Part shown: positions 37,402-48,100 of the stretch, one piece after another | Numbering within the stretch: the stretch's first letter is position 1 | How the letters are laid out: every line of letters starts with the position of its first letter | Assembly: GCA_021789695.1 (NCBI GenBank) | Contig: JAJYJH010000009.1 | Span: 1,750 to 65,749, forward strand | Source: a bacterium | GTDB lineage: Bacteria; Elusimicrobiota; Elusimicrobia; Elusimicrobiales; UBA9959 | Direction of reading: 5' to 3' | Length of the DNA stretch: 64,000 nucleotides | The notes under the pieces: generated by a model | Databases searched by the model: none | The model's input: the letters and a program-made list of their open reading frames with translations, nothing else | Told to the model about the DNA's origin: nothing | Translations under genes and position numbers: made by a program

Positions 37402-37910
37402 CGCTGTTAGACATACTTCTCTACTGCACCGTCTTTTCTCTGGCCTATTCCTGGGTGCTGGTCTGGATCCTGGAGCGGCGGGAAAAGAAGTACAGGCAGG
37501 GGGCGCTCTCCTTCACCGACGCCTTCCTGTCCGGGGCCGCCACGCTGGTCCTGGTCTACGCTTCAAGCCTGGCGCTGATGACCCGCTCCTACAGGTCCGG
37601 TATGGCTTACGACGTCGCCCTGCTGACGGCCCTGGCCGGTTTCTGTCTCTACCGCGAGAGCCTCTACAGGATACGCGCAAAAAGGATACTGCACAGGCGC
37701 CTGGCGGAGATACGACTGCTGAACGCGCACATAGCCAAGGACCCCTCCAACGCGGTCTATTACGAGCGGCTCAGCGAGATCTTCGAGATATTGGGGAAAA
37801 CGGGCGAGGCGCTGGAGGCGGCGCGCATGGCGGCGAAGCTTGACCCGGCGGTCAACAACCAGTGGCGCGTCAGACAGTTGGAGGAAACCCGGCCCCGGGG
37901 CTCAGTCTAA
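37398..37910 (+). CDS. Hypothetical membrane protein with C-terminal TPR
   Basis: Three hydrophobic segments, then DPSNAVYYERLSEIFEILGKTGEALEA...KLDP; ATGA overlap with suhB. Confidence 0.7.
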   Translation: MTLLDILLYCTVFSLAYSWVLVWILERREKKYRQGALSFTDAFLSGAATLVLVYASSLALMTRSYRSGMAYDVALLTALAGFCLYRESLYRIRAKRILHRRLAEIRLLNAHIAKDPSNAVYYERLSEIFEILGKTGEALEAARMAAKLDPAVNNQWRVRQLEETRPRGSV

Positions 37911-39299
37911 GAATCCAGCGGCGAGCCTGCGGGCGGCGTCCCTGAACAGATAGTCCTCAGCCGCGCTCTCCGTCCCGGAGCGCAGCACCTTCCCGGTCCG
38001 CGCGTCGGAGATGCTTACCGTTATCCGGTAGCCTTTGCCGTCCCGCCCGACGGAGCCAAAAACAGCCAGGTCGGCTCCGGCGGACCTGGCTAGTTCCTCG
38101 GCCGACCTCTCTTCGGAAAGCCCGGCGTAGGCCAGCTTCTTCTCTTCCAGTATGAAATCCAGCTTATCGCGGTTCGCAGCGCGGAAGCGGCCGGTGCCCG
38201 TAAGTTCAGACTCTACAAGGCTGCGAATCACGGCGGCCTCAGTCCATGAGACCCCGTCTTCCGCGGTAAAAGGCGCCACCGCCAGCAACGGAAGGCGTCC
38301 GCCTTCTCCAGAAAGCCGCGCCGGCGGCGTCCCGCCGTTGCTGGGCGCTCCGCCCCAGGAAAGGGCGGCTGAAACGCGGTGCGTGGAGCCGAGGTCGCCG
38401 TAGGGGACGAAGGCGTAATCCAGCGTAAAGCCGCCGGACCTGAATCCGAACCCGCCGGTGAACGCCCCCATAATCCCCTGATCGGAATAGTTCCTGAAGT
38501 TGAGGCCTGAGCGCAGGAAGAAGCCGGAAGCCCCGGAGTAAGGCAGGAAGAGCTCGCCGGCGAACAGCAGGTAGGGAGCGTGGTCGCAGGGCAGGCGGCC
38601 CTCCGCGAGGATGTCGAAGTCGGGCGCGTATTTCCACTTGAGGCCTGCTCCCAGCTCAAAAGGCAGCGGAGCGCTCTCCGAGCCGAGCTTCAGCGGCGCG
38701 CCGAGGTTACGCACGGCCAGGCCGAACTCGGTGTTCGACGGGATAGGCCGGCGTATCCGCACTCCGGCGTCCAGCGCCGCCGTGGAGCCGGATGCCTCGG
38801 CCAGGCGGGACTTGATATACTTAACGTCCAGGCCGGCGTCCACCCAGCCGAAGCGCCGCGCCCAGCCCGCCGCCGCGGCCATGTCATAGGCCGTAATATC
38901 GTGCGCCCCGGTGGCCTGCGCGGCCCCGTCCACCGGTTCCAGCCCTGGAGTATAGTCGTTGTAGACGAGCCCGGCGGAGAAGGTGCCGGCGGAAGAAGGA
39001 ACCGAGAAAACCATGCCGGTGCGGGAAGAACCCAGCAGCAGAGACTCGTAGGAGACGGACAGGGAATCCATGCGGGCGGCCGCGGCCGCGGCCGGTTCCA
39101 GAAGGAACAGGTCGGGACCGGAAAGCGTCAGACCGCCGCCGGCCAGCGCGGCCGACCTGGCGGAGGGCGGCGCCTTAAGGAACTGCGCCCCGGCAAGACC
39201 TCGGGCGCTGTCTGTAAAGGCGTTTACGGGGAAAAGACCCGCGCGTAGCGGCGCCGCCGAAAGCGCCAGCCACAGCGTTATGGCGCACAAAGTCTTCAC
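37902..39299 (-). CDS. PorV/PorQ-like beta-barrel fused to a CsgG/FlgO-like domain
   Basis: Signal peptide; AQFLKAPPSARSAALAG; LDYAFVPYGDLGSTHRVS barrel end; then LAVAPF...RFRAANRDKLDFILEE...GADLAVFGSV. Confidence 0.75.
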   Translation of the reverse strand: MKTLCAITLWLALSAAPLRAGLFPVNAFTDSARGLAGAQFLKAPPSARSAALAGGGLTLSGPDLFLLEPAAAAAARMDSLSVSYESLLLGSSRTGMVFSVPSSAGTFSAGLVYNDYTPGLEPVDGAAQATGAHDITAYDMAAAAGWARRFGWVDAGLDVKYIKSRLAEASGSTAALDAGVRIRRPIPSNTEFGLAVRNLGAPLKLGSESAPLPFELGAGLKWKYAPDFDILAEGRLPCDHAPYLLFAGELFLPYSGASGFFLRSGLNFRNYSDQGIMGAFTGGFGFRSGGFTLDYAFVPYGDLGSTHRVSAALSWGGAPSNGGTPPARLSGEGGRLPLLAVAPFTAEDGVSWTEAAVIRSLVESELTGTGRFRAANRDKLDFILEEKKLAYAGLSEERSAEELARSAGADLAVFGSVGRDGKGYRITVSISDARTGKVLRSGTESAAEDYLFRDAARRLAAGFLD

Positions 39300-39309
39300 G
39301 TGGTGCCAG

Positions 39310-39927
39310 CTATTTTTTCAGGTCCGAGATAAGGTACTCTATCCTGGCGCGAATCTTGGTCTTGTCCAGCGAGTCCAGGTCCTGCAGCACGTCCTCAAGG
39401 AACTTCACCGCGAAATCCCCGTTGACCCGGCTCTTGGAGAGGGCGGCCTCTATATTCTTCATCCTTTCGTCGAGATCGGAAATGCCGGAATAGATGCCCC
39501 GCACGAAGTTCTCCGCGCGGTTGAAGTCGTGCCGTCCCGCCTCGGGCCCGCCGCCGGCCTCCACGGGGACGCCAGCGCTTCCTTCCGCCTGCGGAAGGGC
39601 TTTGGTCTCAGATCCGGGAAAGGCTTCCTGGCCGTTCTCGCGGGCCTGGTCCGCGTCCTCCCGCGCTGTTTCGCGGAACTCAGGCTGAAAGGAGTGGGAG
39701 GCGTCGATAGTCCTTCCCGGTTCCTCACCGGATTGTCCGGGGTCCTCGACCGCCATATCCGCGTGCACGGGAGAAGCCTCCTCGTCCTCTTCCGAGGCGT
39801 TCTTCAACTCCAAATACCTGCGTATCGAGTAAATCAACGATACCAGGGCCACCACGAAGACCGCGGCCCAGAGGTAGAAATTAGGATCGATCCAGAAAGA
39901 ATAGGTATTCAGCTTGGCTGGCATCAT
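39310..39927 (-). CDS. Hypothetical protein: TM anchor, acidic linker, helical C-terminus
   Basis: 205-aa ORF in a co-directional run with 10-19 nt gaps; one hydrophobic segment. Confidence 0.7.
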   Translation of the reverse strand: MMPAKLNTYSFWIDPNFYLWAAVFVVALVSLIYSIRRYLELKNASEEDEEASPVHADMAVEDPGQSGEEPGRTIDASHSFQPEFRETAREDADQARENGQEAFPGSETKALPQAEGSAGVPVEAGGGPEAGRHDFNRAENFVRGIYSGISDLDERMKNIEAALSKSRVNGDFAVKFLEDVLQDLDSLDKTKIRARIEYLISDLKK

Positions 39928-39946
39928 AGATGTCGTCTCCGCGTTG

Positions 39947-40786
39947 TCAAAGTTTTATTTCCTGTCCTTCCCTGACGGCAAAGACCTTCAGGCGCGAGCC
40001 AGAATCCGCCGCGCGCCGGGAACACTCGGCCACGATGCGATCCAACTCCCTGTCGGAACGGTCCTGGTTGTGGTGGAAAAGGCCCAGGGTCCTCGCCTCC
40101 GCCCTGACCGCCAGGTCCAGGGCCTGCTGCCAGGTGGAGTGTCCCCAGGTCCGACGCTTCCGGTATTCGGCGTCAGTATAGTCAGCGTCGTGCACCAGCA
40201 GGTCGACGCCGCGGGAAAAGGCCACGTAATCCTCCGGCTTCCTGCCGCCGGGATGGATGTAGCCCAGTTCATTGTCCGTCAGGAAAACGAAAACTCGGCC
40301 GTTCTCGCTGAATTTGTAGCCCAGGCCCTGATTGGGATGGCTCAATTCTATCGGGACGACCTGCATACCGCCTATCTCGCAGCCGGCAGCGCAGACGGTA
40401 GCAAAGTCAAATTTTGCGGAGATCTCCTCGAACTTCACCGGGAAGCCGGGAGGCTGCATGGTCTTGGCGATAATCTCGCGCACAGGGTCCGAGGAGAAAG
40501 AGCAGCCCATGATGCGAATCTTCGTCCTATTGCTGTAAATCGGGGCAAAGAAGGGGAAACCGAGCACATGGTCCCAGTGCGAATGAGTGAAAAGCATATG
40601 GAACCTGTTGCTGGAGTTCTTCAGGAGTTCCTTGCCCAGCAGGCGTATACCGGAACCCGCGTCCAGCACTATCAGGTCGTCTTTTCTCGAGCGTACCTCG
40701 GCGCAGGTAGTGCAGCCACCGTATTTTATATAGTCCCGCCCTGAGACGGGTATGGAGCCGCGCGCGCCCCAGAACCTTATTTTCAT
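39947..40786 (-). CDS. MBL-fold metallo-hydrolase
   Basis: MKIRFWGARGS, LDAGSG, THSHWDH, HDA, WGHS, FHH. Confidence 0.92.
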   Translation of the reverse strand: MKIRFWGARGSIPVSGRDYIKYGGCTTCAEVRSRKDDLIVLDAGSGIRLLGKELLKNSSNRFHMLFTHSHWDHVLGFPFFAPIYSNRTKIRIMGCSFSSDPVREIIAKTMQPPGFPVKFEEISAKFDFATVCAAGCEIGGMQVVPIELSHPNQGLGYKFSENGRVFVFLTDNELGYIHPGGRKPEDYVAFSRGVDLLVHDADYTDAEYRKRRTWGHSTWQQALDLAVRAEARTLGLFHHNQDRSDRELDRIVAECSRRAADSGSRLKVFAVREGQEIKL

Positions 40787-40841
40787 AACTCCGTGTATAT
40801 TAGCAAATAGAGAAATGATATCAAACGCGGCAAAGGAAGAA

Positions 40842-41867
40842 TCAATACATCCCGCCTTTTTTCAGTTCCTCCCAGGAGAGCGGCCGCCCAAACAGTCTGT
40901 GGGCCCAGAGCTGGTAGCCTATCACCACGGGCAGGAAAATGGCTACGGTCCAGGTCATGATCCCCAGCGTGTAAGGGCTGGAAGAGGAATTGTACACGCT
41001 CAGCCCCAAATCCGGATCTAAGCGCGAGGGCAGCAGGTAGGGATATATCCCGGCGAAGCCGGTAAGGAAAAAGGGAGCGATGGCCAGAAAAGAGGCCTGG
41101 AAAGCGCGCCCGGCAAGGCCGCGCGACAGCAGCGCCTTGGACGCGAAAAGGGCCGCCCCGAAGAGCAGCGGCAGCAGCAACAGGTATTTGCGGGCCAGAA
41201 AGTTGGCCGAAAGGCCGGTGGAAGCCCAGCTGTAAGCGGCGAAGACTACCGACAGCGCCAAAAGGACGTACCAGGCCGCGCCGGCCAGCGCGCCGGCGCG
41301 CCTGGCCGGGTCCCCCGGGACCTTGCACGCCGTCCAGAGAAGCCCGTGGTAAAGAAAGAGCGCGCAAAAGAGGAGTCCGGCAGCCAGCGAATAAGGGTTC
41401 AGCAGGCCCATGAAGGTCCCTTCGTAGCCCGCTGGTCCGATGGCCAGGCCGCGGAAGATGTTGCCGAACGCAACCCCGAAGAGCAGCGCGGCCAGGAAGC
41501 TGGAGGCCGCCGCGGTGCGCTCCCAGAAAGCCGTCCACGACCGGGACTGAGATTTGCCGCGGAATTCCAGCGCGGCGCCGCGGGCTATCAGGGAGAACAG
41601 TATCAGCAGCAGCGCCGGATACAACCAGCTGAACAGCGAGGCGTAGACTGGGGGGAAGGCCGCGAAGGTGGCGGCTCCGGCGGTGATCAACCATACCTCG
41701 TTGCCGTCCCAGAAGGGGCCGACCGCCGCGAAGACGCGCGAGCGCTCCCCGCCAGCAGGGGCGACCAGCCAGGCCGAGAACGCCGCGCCAAGATCGAAGC
41801 CGTCCAGCGCGAAGTAGACCGTCCAGAGCACCGCCCACAGCACAAACCATAATTTAGCGTAAACCAT
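40842..41867 (-). CDS. cydB: Cytochrome bd oxidase subunit II
   Basis: LDGFDLGA, GPFWDGNEVWLI, FPPVYA, IARGAALEFR. Confidence 0.97.
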   Translation of the reverse strand: MVYAKLWFVLWAVLWTVYFALDGFDLGAAFSAWLVAPAGGERSRVFAAVGPFWDGNEVWLITAGAATFAAFPPVYASLFSWLYPALLLILFSLIARGAALEFRGKSQSRSWTAFWERTAAASSFLAALLFGVAFGNIFRGLAIGPAGYEGTFMGLLNPYSLAAGLLFCALFLYHGLLWTACKVPGDPARRAGALAGAAWYVLLALSVVFAAYSWASTGLSANFLARKYLLLLPLLFGAALFASKALLSRGLAGRAFQASFLAIAPFFLTGFAGIYPYLLPSRLDPDLGLSVYNSSSSPYTLGIMTWTVAIFLPVVIGYQLWAHRLFGRPLSWEELKKGGMY

Positions 41868-41917
41868 GTAAGTTTCCCCCTACCTTAAAAATAAAAAATG
41901 CCAGTTATCATGCCGCC

Positions 41918-43225
41918 CTACCCTTCGATGCCTTTACGGGCGGACTTAGCAAGCAGCCAGAAATCCACGACGCCCAGCGACGCGTAGAACAGCGTGAAGC
42001 CGCCCAGCGACAGCCAGACCTGTCCCGGAGTCACCGTCCTGGAGACGGCATCTGCCGTACGCATGAGGCCGTAGACCGCCCAAGGCTGGCGCCCCATCTC
42101 CGTCACCAGCCAACCCATCAGCATGGCCAGGTAAGGCAACGGCATGGCGAAGACCAGGACGCGGAGGAAAAGCGGGAAATCCTGCAGGCTGCCGCGCCGC
42201 GACAGGAAGACCGCCAGCGCGGAAAGCAGGATAAATAGCGTTCCCAGCCCGACCATAGTCCTGAAGCCGATGAAGACCGGCAGCACCGGCGGCCTGTCCT
42301 GCGAGGGGAAATCGTTCAACCCCTTCACCTCGGCGTGCAGCGAGTGAAAGGCCAGCAGGGAGAGGCCGTGCGGAATCTCCAGCGCCTCCAAGTAATTACC
42401 GTCCCCGTGCAGCCTGGGAACGGTCAGCAGCGCGTAAGGCGCGTCGCGGCGCGTCTGCCATACCGACTCCATCGCAGCCAACTTGGCCGGCTGGTTTCTC
42501 GCCGCGTTTCCGCCACTGACGTCGCCCAGCACCGCGACGAGAAGTGAGGCCGCCAACGCGAAGGCCGCGCCCGCGGAAAAAGACCGCTGGAAAAGATCAT
42601 CCTGGCCACGGCGCAGCAGATGCCAGGCGGACACCCCCATCACGAAGAAGCCGGCCAGGGTCCACGCCGCCAGCACGGTGTGGCCGAACTCTATCCAGCC
42701 GTAGGGGTTGAAAACCAGGGCGGTGAAACTGGTCATCTCGGCGCGGCCGTTGCGCAACGCATAGCCGACGGGATGTTGCATCCAGCCGTTGGCCAGCAAT
42801 ATCCAAAGGGCGGAAAGGTTGGTCGCGAAGGCAACTATCCACATAGCCGCGGCGTGGGCCTTCCTGGAGAGGCGTTCCCAACCGAAGACCCAGACCCCGA
42901 TGAAAGTGGACTCGAGGAAAAAGGCCGCCGTGGCCTCTATTGCCAGCGGCGCCCCGAAGATATCCCCGACGTACTTGGAATACTCGGCCCAGTTCATGCC
43001 GAACTGGAATTCCAGCGTTATCCCGGTAACAACCCCGAGCGAGAAGTTTATCAGGAAGAGCTTGCCCCAGAACTTGGCGATGGCCAGATATTTCTCGTCG
43101 CCGGCGGCATAGCGGGTCTCGAACCAGGCCACCAACCAGCCAAGCCCCAGGGTCAACGGAACGAAAAGAAAATGGAACATCGCCGTGACGGCGAACTGAA
43201 GTCTGCTTAAAGTCAAAGTATCCAT
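41918..43225 (-). CDS. cydA: Cytochrome bd oxidase subunit I (short Q-loop)
   Basis: HFLFVPLT, FFLESTF, QPAKLAAME, FRTMVG, GWLVTEMGRQPW; ATG 43225. Confidence 0.97.
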   Translation of the reverse strand: MDTLTLSRLQFAVTAMFHFLFVPLTLGLGWLVAWFETRYAAGDEKYLAIAKFWGKLFLINFSLGVVTGITLEFQFGMNWAEYSKYVGDIFGAPLAIEATAAFFLESTFIGVWVFGWERLSRKAHAAAMWIVAFATNLSALWILLANGWMQHPVGYALRNGRAEMTSFTALVFNPYGWIEFGHTVLAAWTLAGFFVMGVSAWHLLRRGQDDLFQRSFSAGAAFALAASLLVAVLGDVSGGNAARNQPAKLAAMESVWQTRRDAPYALLTVPRLHGDGNYLEALEIPHGLSLLAFHSLHAEVKGLNDFPSQDRPPVLPVFIGFRTMVGLGTLFILLSALAVFLSRRGSLQDFPLFLRVLVFAMPLPYLAMLMGWLVTEMGRQPWAVYGLMRTADAVSRTVTPGQVWLSLGGFTLFYASLGVVDFWLLAKSARKGIEG

Positions 43226-43332
43226 GTCTGCCCCCGGTACGTGTTTTATCCAGAAGACCATTATATGTTTATTCCTTCAACCGCCGCGCTCCGGGAACGG
43301 AGATTTTTGTAGAATATTCACCGGACCACGGA

Positions 43333-44970
43333 ATGGACAGATACCTGAAATACGCGGCGCCCCTAGTCTTTCTAGCCTTCGCAGCCACTCTCCTCCCCTG
43401 GCGCTGCAACTTCCCGCTCAACGACGACTGGGCCTACGCTCTGGCCTCCCGCGCACTGGCCGAGACCGGCCGCCTGCGCCTCTGTGACTGGGGTGCGTCC
43501 ACGCAGCTGCCGCACCTGCTTTGGGGCGCCCTCTTCACAAAGCTCTTCGGCTTCAGCTTCGGCGCGCTTCGCGTCGCGAACCTGCTGGTCTCGGCCGCCG
43601 GGCTTTATTTCTTCGTCAGGCTGATGGAGGAATTCGGGATAGGTCCCAGAGAAAAGCTGGCCGCGGCGCTGGCGCTGGCGCTTAACCCGCTCTACCTGGT
43701 GCTGGCGGATTCCTTCATGACGGACCAGCATTATCTGCTCTGGATGCTGGCCGCCTGCCTCTTCTACGTCCGGCGGCTCAAGGACCCCTCCGACGGCCGG
43801 GCGCTGTGGTTGGCAGGAGCCTGCTCCGCCATGGCCTACCTGACCAGGCAGTTGGCCCTCGCGCTGCCGCTGGCCTTCACGCTGGCCCTTTTCCTGGAAC
43901 GCCGCCCCAGATGGCGCGAACTGGCGGCGGTCTGGGCGCTACCGGCGGCCGCGGTGCTTGGCTTCGCCCTCTGGCTTAAGTACGTAAACGGCCCAACGTG
44001 GGCCTCGGAGAATTACGTCGGAGCCGCCACGCTGGCCCATCTTTCCAGGTTCGGCGCCTTTTTGGGCGACGCCGTCAGGCGAGTGCTCGCCTCGGCCATG
44101 GAGACAGGGCTGCTGCTGTTGCCGCTGGCGGCCGGTTTCCTCTTCAGCGCGGGGAGGTTCCGGCGCAAGAACGGCTTCAGACTGAAGGTGCACGCCGCCG
44201 TACCCTGGCTGGCGCTGGCGGCGCTGGCGATTTTCGCGCTGACGAGCGGCCCTCTCCCCTACCTGCAAAACAATATCTCTCCTTCCGGACTCGGGGCGCT
44301 CACGCTTGGAGGCGCCGTCCTGAAGCCCTCGGGCCTATTCGGCAGCCCCACGTTTTGGCGCCTGGCCACCGCGCTTTCCGTCGCCGGCGCCGCGCTTCTG
44401 ATCTGCGCCTCGGACCTCGCGCTACGCGCCGGACCGCCGGCGCTGCGCTTCGTTTTCTCGGCCGCCATGCTCCAGCTGGCGATCTCCCTGGTCGGGGCCA
44501 AATACTTCGACCGCTACCTGCTGACGCTGCTGCCCTGGTTCGCGCTGGCCGCGGCGTTCGCGGCCAAAGGCGTGCGCTTCTCGCTCCCGGCGGCCGGCAC
44601 GGCCCTGGCGCTGTATGCCGCGCTGGGCTGGGCGGGAATGAAGGACTACATGGCCTGGAACACGGCCAAGTGGGAACTGACCGAGAGACCGCACCCAGGC
44701 CTGTCCTCCGGGGAGATTGCGGCCGGCTTCGACCACGACGCCTGGCTGAACTACGAGGAGAGCATGGCCTACCTGAAGTCCATGAAGCCCCTAGATGCGA
44801 TTGGCGAATGGGAGTGGCAGAGCCTCATCCCGTACAAGGCACTAGTCTCCTACGCCCCGGACCAGCGCCTCAGGCTCCTTGACCGCATAGAGTATTCGAC
44901 GCCGCTCTCTACGGAGAAAGGCGTTCTCTACCTGATGGCCCTGCCTCCCGCCGCGCCGCCGGCGCGTTGA
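43333..44970 (+). CDS. GT-C-fold (ArnT/PMT-like) membrane glycosyltransferase
   Basis: LNDDWAY acidic motif after TM1, MTDQHY, YLTRQ, FDRYLL; many TMs. Confidence 0.75.
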   Translation: MDRYLKYAAPLVFLAFAATLLPWRCNFPLNDDWAYALASRALAETGRLRLCDWGASTQLPHLLWGALFTKLFGFSFGALRVANLLVSAAGLYFFVRLMEEFGIGPREKLAAALALALNPLYLVLADSFMTDQHYLLWMLAACLFYVRRLKDPSDGRALWLAGACSAMAYLTRQLALALPLAFTLALFLERRPRWRELAAVWALPAAAVLGFALWLKYVNGPTWASENYVGAATLAHLSRFGAFLGDAVRRVLASAMETGLLLLPLAAGFLFSAGRFRRKNGFRLKVHAAVPWLALAALAIFALTSGPLPYLQNNISPSGLGALTLGGAVLKPSGLFGSPTFWRLATALSVAGAALLICASDLALRAGPPALRFVFSAAMLQLAISLVGAKYFDRYLLTLLPWFALAAAFAAKGVRFSLPAAGTALALYAALGWAGMKDYMAWNTAKWELTERPHPGLSSGEIAAGFDHDAWLNYEESMAYLKSMKPLDAIGEWEWQSLIPYKALVSYAPDQRLRLLDRIEYSTPLSTEKGVLYLMALPPAAPPAR

Positions 44971-44988
44971 TTGCGCGCCGGATTTCTT
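44959..44988 (+). terminator. Possible weak terminator after the GT-C gene
   Basis: CCGGCGCG / CGCGCCGG stem followed by ATTTCTT. Confidence 0.4.
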
Positions 44989-44996
44989 GATAAAAT
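44988..44996 (+). promoter_or_regulatory. Extended -10 promoter of the megasynthase operon
   Basis: TG-A-TAAAAT in an AT-rich patch about 110 nt upstream of ATG 45110; a second TACAAT at 45042-45047. Confidence 0.5.
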
Positions 44997-45109
44997 ATAT
45001 ATATGACATCCTTAAACGGCATCATCTGACCCGTTTATCCGTACAATTTGAACCAATAACGCAGGCGGCTCCGCAAGCGCAGCCCCCGCGGTAAAGAGGC
45101 ATACAAATT

Positions 45110-48100
45110 ATGGACAACGAAAAAATAGCGATAGTCGGTCTCGGTATCATAGCCCCCAAGGCCCTCAATAAGGAACAGTTCTGGCAGAACGTGCTGGAGG
45201 GAAAGAACTGCATAACCGAGGTGCCGCAGGACCGCTGGGACTGGCGGCTCTACTATTCCGAGGACCGCAAAGCCGCCGACAAGACCTATTCCAAGATAGG
45301 CGGCTTTATTGAAGACTTCAAGTTCGATTCCATCAGATACAAGATCCCGCCGCAGAGCGCCGCGCAGATCTCGCGCCTCCAGCAGATGACGATAGAGGCG
45401 GTCCGCATGGCCCTGGAGGACGCCGGCTACGACGAAACTATCGCGGGTGCCGCATCAAAGGCCTCTGGCCAACAAACGGCCAAGAAGTCCTTTGATCCCA
45501 AGCGCACCGCGGCCGTGCTCGGCAACGCGATGGGCGCCAACCGCAAGGAGATGACCGACCTGCGCGTCTACAAGTTCTACAACGAGGACCTCATCAAGAA
45601 GACCTCCGTCTTCTCCGCGCTGCCTCGCGACAAGCAGGAGGCCCTGATAGCGGAGTTCGAGGCCGGCATAGACAACGGCATCATCAAGATCACCGAGGAC
45701 ACCATGCCCGGCGAGCTCTCCAACGTGACGGCCGGCCGCATAGCCAACGTCTTCAACCTCAACGGCCCCAACATGACGATGGACGCGGCCTGCGCCTCCT
45801 CCATGGCGGCGCTCGACTACGCGGTGCTTGGTTTGCGCGCCGGCAGATTCGACATGGCCGTGGCCGGCGGCGCCGACGAGATGATGAGCCCCGCCGCCTT
45901 CGTGAAGTTCTGCAAGATAGGCGCCCTGTCGGCCGACGGGTCCTACTCCTTCGACGAGCGGGCCAACGGCTTCGTGATGGCCGAGGCGGTCTCCATCTAC
46001 ATCCTCAAGCGCCTCTCCGACGCGGTCAGGGACGGCGACAAGATCTACGCGCTGATCAACGCGGTCGGCGCCTCCTCCGACGGCAAGGGCAAGGGCATCA
46101 CCGCCCCCAACCCGAAGGGCCAGAAGATAGCCATCGAGAACGCCTTTGAGCAGGTGGACTACGGCCCCGGCGAAGTGGATTTCGTCGAGGCGCACGGCAC
46201 CGCCACAAAGGTGGGCGACGCGGCCGAGGTGCAGGTGCTGCAAGAAGTGTTCGGTCCGCACATGGGCGGGGGCAAGAAGCTGGGCCTGACTTCCGTGAAG
46301 TCCCAGATCGGCCATTCCAAGGCCGCCGCCGGAGCGGTGTCCATGGCCAAGACGGCGCTCGCGATCTACAACAAGACGCTGCCTACCTCCATCAACTGCG
46401 TGAAGCTCAACCCCGGCATAGACCAGAACCTCTTCAAGGTCATCACCAAGGCCGAGCCGTGGGACAAGAACGGCCTGCGCCGCGCTAACGTATCCTCTTT
46501 CGGCTTCGGCGGCACCAACTTCCATGTACTGCTGGAGGAATACACCGGCCCGAACCACCCGCGCTACGCCAAGGCCGGCGCGGCCGTAGAGACGCCCGCC
46601 GCCGCCGTAGAGGTAGTGGAGAACCCGCGCGCACCCTTCGCCGGCCTGCAGGGCGAGGCCGTGACTTTCACCGGCAACACTCCGGAAGACGTCGTCAATA
46701 ACGCCAAGAAAGAAGCCGCCGCGGTCTTCGCCAAGTGGCCGGAAACATATCCTATGGCGACCTACACCCAGCCGTCGATGACGAAGGCCAAGGGTCCGTG
46801 GGGCGTATCCATCGTGGCGAAGTCCCCGAAGGACCTCGCCGAGAAGATAGAATTCATGGCCAAGAACGGCAAGGCCGGGACTTGGACCGAACCGCCGCTC
46901 AACTTCAAGCTGAAAGGCGTCTACACCTTCAAGACCGGCGTAAACCAGGCCAAGGTCGGTCTGCTGTTCCCCGGCCAGGGCTCGCAGTACGTCGACATGA
47001 TGCGCGACCTCGCCGCCAAGTACCAGGTGGTGCAGGCCACTTTTGACGAGGCCGACGTCATCCTGGAGAAGATGATAGGCATCAGGCTCACCGAGGCCAT
47101 CTGGAGCAAGCCCGGCGAGGGGAAAGAGGAACTGGCCAAGCGCGAAACCGCCATCAAGCAGACCCAGCTCACCCAGCCGTCCATGATGACGGCCGACATA
47201 GCGATGTACCGCCTGCTCAGGGAGTTCGGCGTGAAGCCGGACATGGCCATAGGCCACTCGCTCGGCGAGTACGCGGCCGCCACCGCGGCCGGCATTTTTA
47301 CCTTCGAGAACGGCCTGCGCGCCGTCACCAGCCGCGCCAAGGAAATGGCCAGCGTGAAAGTGGCCGACCCGGGCAAGATGGCCTCGGTCGCCCTCGGCTG
47401 CGACAAGGTCGACGCGGAGCTCAAGAAGATCGGCGGCTACGTCATCAGCGCCAACAAGAACTGCCCGCTGCAGACCGTCATAGCCGGCGAGGCGAAGTCC
47501 GTCGAACAGGCCGTGCAGCACTTCAAAGCGCTGGGCATCGAGGCGGGGGAGATACCGGTCAGCCACGCGTTCCATTCCGAGATAGTGGCGCCGGCCATGG
47601 GCCCTTACCGGAACTTCCTGCAGAACATCCCGATCAAGGCCGCGGACATGAAGATCCTATCCAACGTGACCGCCGACTTCTTCCCGACGGACCCGCAGGG
47701 CATCTACGACATGCTGATCAAGCAGATGACGAGCCCGGTGGAGTTCATAAAGCAGCTTGAACGCATGTACGACGAGGGCGTGCGCACTTTCATAGAATGC
47801 GGCCCTAAGCGAGTGCTCAGCGCGTTTGCCTCTTCGACGCTCAAGGACAAGCCGGAGCCGGTCACCATACTCGCTTCCAACCACCCGAAACGTGGCGGCA
47901 TCACCGAACTCAACGACCTGTTCGCCAACATGACGGCGCTTGGCATCCCGGTGAACTGGGACGGCAAGGTGCCGCAGCGGGGCGGGAAATTCTTCAACCC
48001 CTATTACCAGAACTGGGCGCTCAAGGCCACCGGGCAAATCCCAGTGTCCGCGCCGGCCTCCGCCGGCCAGGCCGCGCTTCCGGCCGATAAGGCGAGCTTC

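Noticed and set aside
43226-43332. Expected FNR/Rex/ArcA box upstream of cydA
   Set aside because: No convincing palindrome matching those consensus sequences was seen.
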